From: Azolla caroliniana
Lineage: Eukaryota > Plantae > Polypodiophyta
DNA: 64,000 nt
Direction of reading: 5' to 3'
NCBI GenBank assembly: GCA_043228905.1
Contig: JBHGNT010000006.1
Coordinates: forward strand, 22,196,001-22,260,000
The stretch's first letter is position 1. Every line of letters begins with the position of its first letter. A program made the translations under genes and the position numbers. Below are positions 12,670 to 25,600 of this stretch, piece by piece. The notes beneath the pieces are model-generated. The model was not told where the DNA came from. It was given only the letters and a program-made list of their open reading frames with translations, and ran no database searches.

Positions 12670-13786
12670 ACACATTGCAAAATTCCACTTCTCATTAGAT
12701 TCTCATACAACTCAATTGCGAACCATTTGCTAAGAATCTCTTCACATTGTTATGTGGTGGAGATCATCACATTATCTTGTGAATTGTTCTAAAAGCCATT
12801 AATATTCTGCAGCATCCTCACTTTATGTGTATTCAAATCAATGCTCTTGTAATCCTAACTAGAAATGCATATGCCAAAAAAACCCATATTTGATCTCACT
12901 TTCCCAAGGTTGGCATAGCATTTCTGAAATCAATCTATTTTTAAAATACTCAAATTCTTAACATAGTTGGAGTCTAGTAATAACAAATATATATACAAGG
13001 GTGTTATAAAAAAATCTTTGGCCAGATGACTCCCTGATATTTACAAAATATCTTCTAAAATCCATTCAAGTACAAATGTATTTATAAAATTTAAAATTGA
13101 TTGAAACTTAATTATATATTTTCAATATGATGCAAGTTATAGTCTTATAGGATCAATCTCAAACGCCTTATAATATCAATTTCAAATGCTGCTTACTACC
13201 ATAGACTCATTATGCGAGACATTTGAAATTATTGATTAGAAATGATCAAGATTTGATTCTTGAGTGACAATATCAATCAAATCTAACAGCCCTGTGTTAG
13301 CACTACATCAATGTATCACTATAATTTCATACGACAAAATAGTCGTATCAATCAAAGGTAAGGCTATTGCTTCTATTGCAACATCCCTTGAGCTGATATA
13401 ATGCAACTTCAATGCGATAAGATTTCAATGTTAATTTGATTATTAGCATTTGGAATCACTTCTTGAAGATACACCATCTCATACTTCGAATTTTATGATT
13501 GCCATAATGGAAGTGGATCAAACAATGGTTGCTTTGGTTAACAGCATTTATCATCACGCAACCATCTTATTTAAAAAATTGCAGGCGATATCTTCCCTTG
13601 GAAGACAGGAAGTTGTCTCAAACTTTTGGCCCTATGCCTAAAGTGTTCACTGACTCCCTCCTACCACAAGTATTATATCAATACCCAATTTGATAAACAA
13701 TTTGTGCTTGTAGTCATGAGGATGACTCTGACATCAAAGACGATCTCTAAGATAACCCTATTGACGGTAAACTTGATTGGTAAACC

Positions 13787-13972
13787 TTAATCAATGCCTC
13801 CGATATAAGTCTCGTCAGTTATGAGAAACATATCACAACCAGAAATTGGAGTATAGTATTTGTGAGGCAGTAGAAGGCCGACCTTCATCAACACCAAAAG
13901 AAGACCAGGAGAAACATTATGACGAACACTATTGCAATGTATCAAGCTTCTCCTAGAATTTGCGTCAAATAC
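13787..13972 (-). pseudogene. BET1: Third BET1 terminal exon copy C, frameshifted relative to B
   Basis: Intact acceptor and VFDANSRRSLI, then a ~5-nt deletion versus B. The ancestral TM frame (IVFVIMFLLVFFWC*) ends at 13888; the shifted frame runs to 13787. Confidence 0.65.
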
Positions 13973-14105
13973 CTGATACCAAAAGAAAAATGCATGCACT
14001 TCATTTAGTTTACTGTAAGAATTGCATCCTTGCCATTACATTACAGACAGATAAGGTGAAATTTTAGTACTCCAGTAATTTCAAGTATAAGTGAAAGCTT
14101 GACCT

Positions 14106-14198
14106 TTATCTACGCCAAATGAAGGCTAGGAAAAATAATATCACAAACACTAGTACCAATGGTAGTATCAAGCTTCTCTTCGAATTTGCCTCAAATAC
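14106..14198 (-). CDS. BET1: Alternative BET1 terminal exon B (VFEANSKRSLILPLVLVFVILFFLAFIWRR*)
   Basis: Intact acceptor (ttttcttttgtatcag|GTA TTT GAG), phase 0, open to TAA, encodes a TM helix; paralogous to exon A. Confidence 0.7.
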   Translation of the reverse strand, partial: VFEANSKRSLILPLVLVFVILFFLAFIWRR

Positions 14199-14302
14199 CT
14201 GATACAAAAGAAAAATGCAGATCCTTTATTTAGTCTAAAGTAACAACAGCATCTTTGCCATTTCAATACTAACAGAGAAATTTTAGTTGCTAAAAACACT
14301 CA

Positions 14303-17300
14303 TCAATTGGTCAGGAAATAGACCAGAAATATTGTGATGAACATCGCAACCAACATAAGCCAGCTTTTTCCTCTTTTTTTCTCAAAAACCTGACATAAAA
14401 GAAAATTGATCTCTGGATCAATGGAAAAGCAAAATGATTGTACAACACATTGATTCATCTCTCTAAGCTACATAAAAAAGATAGGTTGCTAATTATATAA
14501 GCCTAGAGTCAAATTTGCAGCTAAATGTTTCAATTTAAGAATTAACATTTGCTAGCTAATGCGAAGTAGTGTTTTTTTGGTATTAATTAATTAATTAATT
14601 AATTAATTAAGAATTAAGATATTGGGAACCAAGAGGGCCCCAAAGTCATTCATGAAGTAAATAATTGACAACATAGGAAGGTCATTACCTTCTTAAACCT
14701 CCCTACAGTTACTGCTAGCATGCCTCTTGATGTATCCATGTGGCTTCCCTGACATGAAGAAAGAAAAGAACTCTTCTATTATGTTATGGTACTTCTTCAT
14801 TCATGAAATATGACAACATAAAATGATGTTAGGGCATAATTTGTGACTGTTTTCTATATGTATATGACCATTTAAAATGGCATGAGGACATATTAGATTA
14901 CGTCCTATTCTGTTAGAGTTTACATATATTCTCATATGAAAATATAGGGAGTTTTTCTGAAATACCCCTGAAGTCTTAATATTTCCCTTATGATCCAGAG
15001 ATTACATTATGACCACATCATTTCTCCAAATGCCTTTGGTCAACGCCCTCAATCACACTCACTCCTTTCTCTCTTTTTCAGTATCCACTCTCTCTCTCTT
15101 TCCCTTCCTTTTTAGTGTAGTAGTATAGTATCCATACACGCTGCTGCTCTGCCTGCTATCTGCTCATGCAACTTCCATGTTCTCAAGCCTCCCCATTGCT
15201 CCTGCTCTGAATGCTACCTGCTCACTCCTGCCTGCCACTTGCTCCTCAATCCCCCCCACTTTACTTTTTTACACTATCTACTCTTATCTGCTCCATATCC
15301 ATTCCAACACCAACCTAACACATGACAACCACCACACTGGAACAAAACAATGGATGGACATTTAGAAAACCTCAATGAAACATTTTAATTTTTGACTATG
15401 TGATGTGTGTGTGACAGTGTGTGGTTGTGTGGGTGTTCAAAGACACTGATGGCCCCCATTAAAGTTGGGTGATGCCAGCTGTGTTGAAATGAACCAGGGT
15501 CCTGGATCAAGATGGGCGATACCAGTGATCATACTCTCAAAATGGCAGTCTCAGATAAAAACTCAGGCTTCCTTACGAAAATTCATGGTTACCAGGGTCC
15601 TTGAGTTCTAAGTTTGATTTCTTTATGAAACTTGAAATGTCATTTGTTTTCTACTTCTCTATCTCCTTTTACATTTCTTGGTGGAGCTTTAATATGATAC
15701 TTCAATTATCATGCCCACCTAACAAGTCACCACATTTATCTCAAATTACCTCATATTTTGAGCACGTGAGAACTGATATTCACCTTCTACTATGTTTTCA
15801 TAGCATACCTTCATTTTTTTCATACTTGGGTGATGATGCCATGATGCTACATCAACACCTAGCTTGTGCAAGTGAGGTGAAAGAAGTGTTAAGGATATCC
15901 ATGAGTTAAGGCTCATGGAGGTAGTAAAATGCAAATGGATACGTTCTGGCATTTTTACCTTGTATCACAGACGGCATCGAGGGTCAACATTTGCAACATA
16001 ATCTTCCAACTTTGAGATTTTAGCAACTTGCCATTTCATCCTTAGTGCCTCGACTGATCTATTCTCGATGATCACATCCGTCATAGCAAAGTTGAGAGCT
16101 TCAATAGATCTTTTACTCCCCATCTTTTAAACCATTTCATAATGTCAAGGACCCACTAGATGAGAGGATTTGCTCTTCTTAGTTTTTCAAACCTTGCATC
16201 TATGTTTCAAGCTTATTTTTGGCAATCTACGATTGGGCATATTATTGCCTTCTCTGATATATTTGTATACTCTTTGCATGGCTCACATCGACATACGCCT
16301 AGCACTTGTTTCTAATAGCATGATAGGATAGGATCTTTTAATTTTCTCTATTTCATTCCATGCACTAAATGAGAAAGTGTCACCCCATACTTCCACTTCA
16401 CAGATCAACACATAGAGAGAGAGAGAGAGAAGGTTGATTAAAGGAATTAATGAGAATTTGGGGGTATTTCAAATCTTTTCCCAAATTTATATGAGTGTAT
16501 ATCATGAAAGCTAGCATCCTATGTATTTCATCTATCATCATATAATGATGTTGGGCCATGCCACAGAAATTAACATTCTACTCTGCAAATTGTATTTCTT
16601 CATGTACATGAGCAACTGTATTCCGTCATGTACATGAGCAACGGAAATTGTATTTCTTCATGTACATGAGCAACTGTATTCCTTCATGTATATCTGTGAT
16701 CATGTATATCTGTCGTAATCTGTGATTGTATTTCTTCATGTATATTAGCTTAACATTCCATGAAATCGAGCACAAAATTCTCAATTATACTTGTTTTGTA
16801 TAAGAACTTCAAACCTATTGGAACATACCATCAACTCTAGCATTTTATTCTGTGATTGTACTTCTTCATGTATATCTGTCGTAATCTGTACACGAGAAGA
16901 TAGATTTGTAGCTTCTAGTTAAGAAAAAACAAATGCGAAAAAGGGATAAAATCTAACCTCTAATTCATGTATATGCATACCCTCTTCAGGATATTAACTT
17001 TATCTTGTAAACCATCCACAGCCATATCATTATCATGTTCTGAAATCTCTAGAGCTGAATAGGATGAAGAAGCTCGATTGACACCTTCTTCAATGCCATC
17101 AAAGAGAGAGGACCGTGATCCACGATAATCTCTGCAAAGAAAAAGTAAGAAATTATTGCTAACAAATTCTTATGTCTGCAAAATGAAGAAAAATTTATTC
17201 TTATAATCTCTGACAAAAACAGAAAAAGATATGTAATGATATAGGCAAAAAACATACACAACACTACTTCTTTCTGCAAAAACCAGAATATCTGGCCAGA

Positions 17301-18360
17301 AACATACAAGTTCTTGGGATAATCTCAGCTATAAAGCATTGTCATAATCCAATAACAAAAGAATAAACTGATTCTTGTGATATAATTTCTTCAGAAACTG
17401 ACCTTGCTCTTGAGAGATGATCTCAGCAAACAAAACAGAAAATTCCTAGAAATAATCTTTGATTAAAATAGAACATTTCTTGAAATGATCTCTGGGAAAA
17501 TAGACAAATTATTGCAATAATATCAACAAATAACATACTAATTCTAGTGAAAATTTCACCAGGAAAAACAGAATGCAATATCTATAAAAACAGACAAATT
17601 GTTGCAGTAACCTTCGCAAATAGCAGAAACTTCAAGAAAAAATAATAGAAAATAGATATTGTGTTAATCCTCATGGAAAATAATAGTTATTCTTGATAAC
17701 TGCAGGAAAACTAGTATTAAAACACCTTCTATTAATCTTCCGAAAAATAGAAAAACCATTGCAGTACTGCCAGTAGAAATAGACAAGCTCTAGAGATATT
17801 ATAAGCAGAAACAGGAAACCTGGTCCAATAAGCTCAAAAAAAACAGAGTTTTCTGCCATCATCTTTGTAAAAAAAAGACAGATTCTTAGCATAATCTTCG
17901 ATGGAAAAACAGAGAAAATCTTGCTATAATCTTTCAGTAAAAGCAGATCAGTGTTTGCCACGATCTCAGCAAAAACCAGGAAAATAAATATTGCAATAAA
18001 CTCTGTCAATTTCTAGCGATAATTGCAACATTTGGCAGGAAAATCAGAGAAAATATTTCCGTAACTCCTGCAAAACAGAAAAAAGATTCTTGCCAAAATA
18101 ATTGCATCTGTGCAAGAAGCAAGGAAAAAGCAGGCGGAATTATTGAAAAAAGGACAGACAAATTCCATTGCGAAGATCTAACCTAAAACAGGCGCATTCA
18201 TCACGTAGGGGATAAAAAGGAGATGGAAATTTTCGACATCAGGAAGCGAAGACAATGGATACGGATCAAAAAAAGGCAAGAAACAGAAGAAAGTATCTGA
18301 TGTTAAAGAAGAAGAAGAAGAAGAAGAAGAAGAAGAGAAGAAATACCTGCGCGAGTTCAT
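14303..18360 (-). CDS. BET1: Bet1-like Qc-SNARE (BET11/BS14-like); exons 18347-18360, 16981-17131, 16829-16885, 14689-14748, terminal exon A 14303-14389
   Basis: Spliced translation MNSRRDYRGSRSSLFDGIEEGVNRASSSYSALEISEHDNDMAVDGLQDKVNILKR|ITTDIHEEVQSQNKMLELM|GSHMDTSRGMLAVTVGRFKK|VFEKKRGKSWLMLVAMFITIFLVYFLTN* matches plant BET11 as I recall it. All introns are GT..AG and frame-consistent. Confidence 0.9.
14947..16482. mobile_element. Possible degenerate Mutator-like element in BET1 intron 3
   Basis: Imperfect inverted termini gggagtttttctgaaatacccctg... / ...gggggtatttcaaatcttttccc. The 9-bp TSD matches only 6/9. Confidence 0.35.
16590..16750. repeat. Scrambled short copies of BET1 exon 3 sequence in intron 3
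   Basis: tgtgattgtatttcttcatgtatat and catgtatatctgtcgtaatctgt match exon 3 and its acceptor (16851-16888); interleaved with tcatgtacatgagcaac repeats. Confidence 0.75.
17120..18175. repeat. Degenerate ~30-35 bp tandem array filling BET1 intron 1
   Basis: Recurrent ttcttgcNataatctctgcaaaaaacagaNaaa-like units. Confidence 0.75.
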
Positions 18361-21300
18361 CGAAACGGGTGACAGACAACGATTCTGCTCTGCGATGACT
18401 GGCTCTGTCTCTGCAAACTGTCACTGAATCGCTCGCTCGCCTCAGGCAGCCTCTGGCAGAGTTGTTTTTCTTTATTCGCGACGATGCCCCTCCCGTTTTA
18501 GCTATTTACGAAACTGCCCCTGCGTTTCTCTTCGTTTTTATTATTATTATCATCTCTTCTCTTCTGTTAGAGACATCCACACTAAACTGATACACCTCCA
18601 AACCATCATTGCCATCGAGCATGAAATAAATCGATGCCTACTATGTTCCAATTCCACCGAACAAAAGAAACACAATCCTTTAGTAATGTTTCTTTTTTTT
18701 AATGCGTCCCCTAATGGTAAAGCTCCAACCATAACTCTCCAAATAAATATCTTGGCTCGTAGCATCAATCGAGAACACCAAACTGCCTTGATCACATGAA
18801 ACCACCAAGTAATGGGCTTATGAAAACCCCATATCTTTATAACCCTTTCTTCCAACCACTTATGTTTGTCAATCAACTTGTGATAAGCCACATTCGTTGA
18901 GATCATTGTCAATCTCTTATTTCCAACAAACCTCCAATCAAGCTCTTGAGATCGCCCATCTAAATCAAGAATTGGCTCATGCGAAGATAGTATTTGTTGC
19001 AACTTATCCCAAATAAAGTTATAACATTTTGGAATACGAAATGTTGATCTTCTTGTTCGAAAAGCCATTAATCTTCTTTGTGAAACCAACAAAGCATCCT
19101 TAACTGTTACCAAACCCAATCTAGTCATCCGATTAAATTGAAGGTTAAGAATTTGTTTACATTCCCACCTCAACAACCTTGATGTTGCCAAAACCTCCAT
19201 TTGTAATGAATTGGAACATCCCCTTTCTTGTGGGGGATGTCATTCCACAAAATCCAACATACTTTGCCAAGATGTCAACAAATGATTAACTATCATAGAT
19301 CCTGTACATTTGAAATCCCTGTCAGAATTAATTACATTCCACCAATTCGCTTCAACCTTCATGTTTCCAAGCTTTATTCCGTTCTTCTCTATAAAGTATG
19401 CCACCATTTCTGTCCAAGGTTGTACACCTTCAAACATGAACCGAATGAAAGTAAATCGACGAGCCACCATATGCTCTTATAGATTCAATATTCATGTCAC
19501 ACCAAGACGTTTCAGAGTACAAACATGATCCCATGCCAACCATGACAAGGCACTTTTCCCTTTTCTTTTCCATAACAACATTCGCATCGAACGTGACAAC
19601 ATTTCGAAGAGCTTTCTTTGACCATGGGAGCAAAGGAAGATAATAAGATACCATAGAGACCATAATCGATTGGACCACCTTAAGTCGTACATGAAAAGGC
19701 CAAAATTGAGACCTCTTATACATAAACTTATCCTCCAACCTTTTGGATACCCACTCAATAAGTTTCACATGAGAAATTTCCACCCCAATTGGATATCCAA
19801 GATGACGACAAATCATACCACAATGTACTATCCTTCTTGACCACCCCAACCCTAACACATCTTGTTCTGTACATGAAATGAGGACAAATTTATGTATATT
19901 AATTCTCAACCCTAAAGCATTTGAAAACAATTCCCACACATCTCTTGTTTGACTAATATTTTCCCGATTAGGTGCCAAAAACATAATATGGTCATCTGCG
20001 AGAGCTTGAACAATACATGGCTTCCCTGATGGCAACCTTAGTCAAAGCAATTCTTCCTCCATAGCCATATTGTGTAACTTAACAAGAATAGGATGTGTCA
20101 CAATAGTGAATAGTAAAGGACTTACCGGGCATCCTTGTCTAACTGACCTCCGAATAGAAATCAGTTGTGTTACTCCTCCATTAAACATCACATGTGAAAC
20201 CGAACCCTCCCCTAATGTATATATCAACTTAGACATACGATCACCAAAACCCATATGAGACATCAATTGATTTATAAATGACCAATCCACATTATCATAG
20301 GCTTTCTCGATATCCAATTGTAGCAACATTAATTCTTGTTTAGATTCCTTTGCATAGTCAATTGTCATTTGAACATTTAAAATATTATGTAAAATGTCTC
20401 TTTTTGCTAAAAACCCATATTGAGCATTATGAATAATAGAAGGTAAAACCTTATGCAACCTATTGGCCATCACTTTTGCAAAAATCTTGTACATTCCCCC
20501 CATCAATGAAATAGGCCTCCATTGAGCAAAGGAAGATGGAGAAGGCACCTTCGGCAAAAGCTTGATCAAACCAATTTTCCAAGAATGAGGCATTTCCCCT
20601 GATGTCCACACCTTCTAAAATAAAACCGTAAAAAGCCCCTTTAACTTAATCACATATTTCTTAAAGAGTTCATGTGTTAATCTATCCCACCCAAGACTCT
20701 TATCATTAGCGAGATGTGACACGACATGTTCCACCTCATCCTCTGAAATATTAGCATCTAATGATTGTGCCACATCATGCGATACATGATTTTTCACTCC
20801 ATTAAAAAATACATCTCTATCCTTTTTAACATTTTCATCGATACACACGTGTACATCCAACAATTGTGTATAATATTCTATGCATTTCTTCACAATTTCT
20901 TGAGGATCGGAACACATGATACCATTTTCCTCTAACCTTACCACATTATGTCGTGCATGTGATTCATGAAGGTCATGAAAAAACTTATGTGATTGACAAT
21001 TAGCATCATCCACTTCTTGTCTTAGACGATGTAGTCTAACATGTTGATAATTTTTTGCAATTTGGTCATGCATCGCAGAAATTAATACCTCTTGATATCC
21101 TATAAACTCTACATCCGTTGGCCAATAAGTTAACAATGAGTTGCATTTATCAAGCAAATTAACTAGGAGACTTAATTTCTTTCTCCTTTTAAAAGCATGG
21201 TGAATTGCATAATATCTAGTTAACCTCTGAACATTTGCAACAAATACTTCCCACACTTCATACCCATCAAATTGAACATGATAGGCAAATGCATCAATCA

Positions 21301-21537
21301 ATTGACACATATAGGCATGGAAGACCTCATGATCAAAAAATGATGAATTAAAAATCAATGGTAGTTTTCCTAAAAACTCATAAAAACCTCTAATTGAGTG
21401 GTGATTGAACTCAAAAATTAATGGGAAATGATTTGATATAATTGACCCATAAGACACTGAAATATCCAAAATCTCTAGTAAAAAACCTTCAGTATGCATT
21501 ACATACATTCGATCCAACCTACTCGAATTATCCTTAT

Positions 21538-21671
21538 TGTCAGGAACTCTATTAAGGCAGAGAAGGAATTAGTACTAAAAGAAGGATTAGTACTATTGTT
21601 GGGGAATAGTACTAAGACAGAGAAGGATTAGTACTATGAGAGGTGTCGAACTTTTGAGAGAAGGAATGAGT

Positions 21672-21721
<50 letters not shown>

Positions 21722-22011
21722 TGATGCGAAAGATATATGTATTATATGAAGGAAGATATACAACAGTAGTTAGAAGGCTTAAGACTGGCGTTGAACCGAT
21801 TTGGTTCGAACTAATGCCTTGCGCCTCCTTTTATAGTGTCTTCAGGAATACTCCTGAAGTTTCTAGAATGTTCCAGAGAAATCTGGAATATACATCAATT
21901 TCCCAATAAAACCTAAATGAAAATAATATCCTTCAAATTACAATTCATAACCTAATGGTAAAGTCTCGACCCGTGTAACAAAAGGTTATGGGTTCGAGTC
22001 TAGTTATGACA
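21538..22011 (-). repeat. 3' LTR of chromovirus (474 bp)
   Basis: tgtcaggaac...gttatgaca. Confidence 0.95.
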
Positions 22012-25000
22012 CTATCCCCCCTTTAAAACGACGAGTTCCACGAGTCGTTTTGGATTGAGGACCCGGTTTCTCGGGATATCGTCGATGGAAGTCTTCTAGA
22101 AGAGCACGAGCATTGGTCACATTCTCGATCGGTTCCCAAGTACGCTCGCTGGGACTATATCCTAGCCAATCGACTAGATAGTAGAGCTTGTTGCGAACAA
22201 TCTTGGAATCGAGGATGGCAGCGACCTCATACTCAGGTCCATCTTCGAGCTCGATAGGAGGTGGTGGTTGTATAGTACGTCCTGGGATAGTGCTCTCGTG
22301 ATAGGGTTCGAGGAGAGAACTATGAAACACCGGATGTATCCGAAGTTGCGGAGGTAGCTCGAGACGAAAAGCGACATCATTAATCTTCCCGATAATACGG
22401 AAAGGACCTAATCGCCGATAATCCAACTTCTCACATGGGCGAGTAGTCTTGATGTGTCGTCGTAGCAGCCACACCCGATCTCCAATGTTAAAACTGGATG
22501 GAAGTCGATGACGATCTGCGTAGTCCTTGTGTGATTGTTGAGCTTGCTGGAGTTGAGTAGATAAATCCGCTTGTATCTTGCGTAACCGCTCCAAACGATC
22601 CTCCGCGCAAGGATTTGTGGACACTTCTGGGGTTTCAAGGACACACCACCGGGGATGATATCCCGTATAAGCGTAGAATGGCGTGACTTTAGTCGATGCA
22701 TGGATAGTGTTATTATAGGCAAATTCGGCGAACTGAAGAATATCTGCCCAGTCATTCTGATGATAGTTGAGAAAGCACCGCAGATACTGCTCCAGTGTTT
22801 GATTTGTTCGTTCGGCTTGACCGTCGGTTTGTGGGTGGTAGCCGGAGGAGAGGTTACAAGTGACCTTCAGCATTTTAAAAAGGTGCTTCCAGAATTTTGA
22901 CACAAACTGGGGTCCACGATCGCTGATGATATTATCAGGGAGTCCATGATGCCGACATACTTCCCGCATGACAATTTCGGCGGTGTCTTCACTAGATATT
23001 TCTTTAGTACATGGTAAGAAATGAGCCATCTTCGTATATCGATCCACCACTGTGAGAATCGCACTGAATCCCTTAGAGACTGGAAGATCTGTAATGAAGT
23101 CAAGAGCAATGGATTGCCATGGCTGGCTTGGAATTGGTAATGGTTCTAATAAACCATATGGATGATGTCTTGGCATTTTCGCTCTGCAGCATGTATCGCA
23201 AGTCCGAACAAAATCTTCGACAAATTGTCGCATACGGGGCCACCAGAATGATCGTTGTACTAAATCTAATGTTTTAGTACTACCAAAATGTCCTGCTGTA
23301 TATGTGTCATGGCAATTTTGTACTACTCGAAGGCGGCAAGAACCATTAGGAACATACAAAAGTTCTTTAAAGAAGAGTAATCCATCACAGTATTTGAATT
23401 GCCGATAATCCGTACCTGGTGATTGTGATTGTGAACATGACGCTCGAGAGGGGTCAATTTGTGCTAGTATAGCTTGGGCGAAAGCGTCAGTCTTCAAGTC
23501 CTCACGTATAGTATTGGTAATGTCGGAATCCACGGGCATGTCAAAGACTTGTGCTGCTTGCAGTCGTGCTGGACCCAAGATTACTTGCTTCTGGTTATCG
23601 AAAGCTGGCTCACCGGGACGTGGTGTTAGATACGAACGCCGTGATAATGCATCTGCCTTCCCTTGGTGCTTCCCCGGACGATATGTAATTTTGAAGTCGA
23701 AGCGTGTGAGGAAGTGGGCCCACCGAGCTTGACGTCGATTCAGTACACGAGCATCTTGAAAGTAGGCAAGGTTCTTGTGGTCACTGAATACAGTGACCTG
23801 ATGAGGAGATCCCTCCAGGAAATGCCTCCATTGCATAAAAGAATCAACTATTGCTAATAGCTCTTTATCATGAATTTCGTAGTTGATTTCGGCGGCGTCA
23901 AACTTACGGGAGTGGAAAGCCACAGGATGTAGCTTCTCGTCGTTACCCTGTTGTGACAGAATGCTCCCCAATGCGAAATCCGATGCGTCAGCTTCGATAA
24001 TGAATGGTTTTTCCGGATCCACATGACCTAAAATTGGAGCTGATGTAAACGCCTTCTTAAGACTCTCGAAAGCCATGTCCGTCTCTTTAGACCAAATGAA
24101 TGATTGTCCCTTCCTGGTGAGCTGTGTGAGAGGCAGCACAATTTTTGAGTAATTTTGTATGAACTTCCGGTAAAAATTTGCAAAGCCTAGGAAGCATTGC
24201 ACATCCCGCACCGAACGCGGAGTGTGCCATTCTATCACCGTTTTCACCTTGGCTGGGTCCATAGATATGCCTTCTGAGGAGATGACATAGCCGAGAAATT
24301 CCACTTGGTTGCACCCGAAACTACATTTCTCTAACTTTGCATACAGACCATGTTCTCGAAGTCGTTTTAGTACTAATAGTACATGAGAATCATGTTCTTC
24401 TTGGGTCTTTGAATAAACCAGTAGATCATCCAAATAGATGATCAAAAAATCATCCAAGAGATCTCGAAATATATCATTCGCCATGTGCTGGAAGACTGCC
24501 GGCGCATTAGTGAGTCCGAACGGCATGACCGTATACTCGAAGTGCCCATATCTGGTGCGAAACGCGGTCTTCCATTCATCTCCTGGTCGGATCCGTACGA
24601 GGTTATAGGCTCCTCGTAAGTCGATCTTCGTGAAGAACCTGGCACCGTTGATCCGTTCTAAAAGACTTGAGATAAGGGGAAGAGCATACCTATTTCTTAC
24701 TGTGACCTTATTCAAGCCACGGTAATCTACAACGAGTCGAAGCGAGCCATCTTTTTTCTTGACGAAGAAAATGGGTGCACCGGCTGGAGATTTCGAATGC
24801 CGAATGAAACCGTTCTCCAAATTCTCCTCTATATAGGCTCGGAGGACTTCTAGCTCGGTTGGTGACAAATTGTAGATCGGCCCCCATGGCGGCTCTTTTC
24901 CCGGTTGTAAGTCGATGGCGCAATCGTACGGCCGATGATGAGGAAGTGTGTTGGCTTGTACTTTATCGAACACATCAGCATACTGACGATACTTCTCGGG

Positions 25001-25600
25001 AAGTTGAACGGTGGACTCCTCTTTGGTGGTGCTGGAGGGTTGTACTGATATTGCGAAGAGAAACATTTCCTCCTTGCGCTCTTCCTCACGCAACTGATGT
25101 AGCGAAATGGTTGCAACCTTCTGGGTAGATCCTTGGGTTTGTCGCAACCGGATTTCCCTTGTCCTCCAATCTATGTCTGGGTTATGTAACTCGAACCATG
25201 GTAATCCTAAAACTATGGGATGTTCTGGAATACTAATAATATTAAATGATACTACACATGTTAAGTTATCTAGGACAATATTAACGGGTTCCGACTCTTC
25301 TATGATATTACCAGAAGCAATGGGACGACCATCAATGACTACTACTGAGGCTGGACATGGGAGCTTTCTGAGAGATATCTGATGAGCTCGGGCAAAATTC
25401 CTATCCATGAAGCAAGAATTAGCTCCGGAATCTAGAAGGGCTAAGGTATGTACTGGAGGGGTACTTTTAGTACTAACTGCTACTTGGGCTACGAACACAT
25501 CACTAACTTGCTTAGAGGGAATGGAACCACTAATGGGCTGCACAGATCTAGGGCTGTCCAACCAAACGGCTCCTATTTTGGCTGGACTTAGTCGTTTAAC
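22004..25600 (-). CDS. pol: Chromovirus Pol (PR-RT-RH-IN-chromodomain), intact, in the -1 frame relative to gag
   Basis: LLDSGA, YLDD, EADASD, HHCC zinc finger, DFITDLP..SDRGPQF..GQAERTN, GPF motif, chromodomain EYEVAAILD...YLVDWLGY...TWEP. Confidence 0.95.
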   Translation of the reverse strand, partial: VKRLSPAKIGAVWLDSPRSVQPISGSIPSKQVSDVFVAQVAVSTKSTPPVHTLALLDSGANSCFMDRNFARAHQISLRKLPCPASVVVIDGRPIASGNIIEESEPVNIVLDNLTCVVSFNIISIPEHPIVLGLPWFELHNPDIDWRTREIRLRQTQGSTQKVATISLHQLREEERKEEMFLFAISVQPSSTTKEESTVQLPEKYRQYADVFDKVQANTLPHHRPYDCAIDLQPGKEPPWGPIYNLSPTELEVLRAYIEENLENGFIRHSKSPAGAPIFFVKKKDGSLRLVVDYRGLNKVTVRNRYALPLISSLLERINGARFFTKIDLRGAYNLVRIRPGDEWKTAFRTRYGHFEYTVMPFGLTNAPAVFQHMANDIFRDLLDDFLIIYLDDLLVYSKTQEEHDSHVLLVLKRLREHGLYAKLEKCSFGCNQVEFLGYVISSEGISMDPAKVKTVIEWHTPRSVRDVQCFLGFANFYRKFIQNYSKIVLPLTQLTRKGQSFIWSKETDMAFESLKKAFTSAPILGHVDPEKPFIIEADASDFALGSILSQQGNDEKLHPVAFHSRKFDAAEINYEIHDKELLAIVDSFMQWRHFLEGSPHQVTVFSDHKNLAYFQDARVLNRRQARWAHFLTRFDFKITYRPGKHQGKADALSRRSYLTPRPGEPAFDNQKQVILGPARLQAAQVFDMPVDSDITNTIREDLKTDAFAQAILAQIDPSRASCSQSQSPGTDYRQFKYCDGLLFFKELLYVPNGSCRLRVVQNCHDTYTAGHFGSTKTLDLVQRSFWWPRMRQFVEDFVRTCDTCCRAKMPRHHPYGLLEPLPIPSQPWQSIALDFITDLPVSKGFSAILTVVDRYTKMAHFLPCTKEISSEDTAEIVMREVCRHHGLPDNIISDRGPQFVSKFWKHLFKMLKVTCNLSSGYHPQTDGQAERTNQTLEQYLRCFLNYHQNDWADILQFAEFAYNNTIHASTKVTPFYAYTGYHPRWCVLETPEVSTNPCAEDRLERLRKIQADLSTQLQQAQQSHKDYADRHRLPSSFNIGDRVWLLRRHIKTTRPCEKLDYRRLGPFRIIGKINDVAFRLELPPQLRIHPVFHSSLLEPYHESTIPGRTIQPPPPIELEDGPEYEVAAILDSKIVRNKLYYLVDWLGYSPSERTWEPIENVTNARALLEDFHRRYPEKPGPQSKTTRGTRRFKGGIVS

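Noticed and set aside
12140-12698. Two identical 81/88-aa ORFs as duplicated genes
   Set aside because: Chance AT-rich ORFs inside the 292-bp duplication, with no recognisable motif.
11800-13780. Possible Mutator/SWIM transposase remnant
   Set aside because: Only a faint motif (CYVVEIITLSCE); too decayed to support.
21945-22011. Bona fide tRNA gene
   Set aside because: T and anticodon stems pair poorly; reported only as a tRNA-like promoter module.
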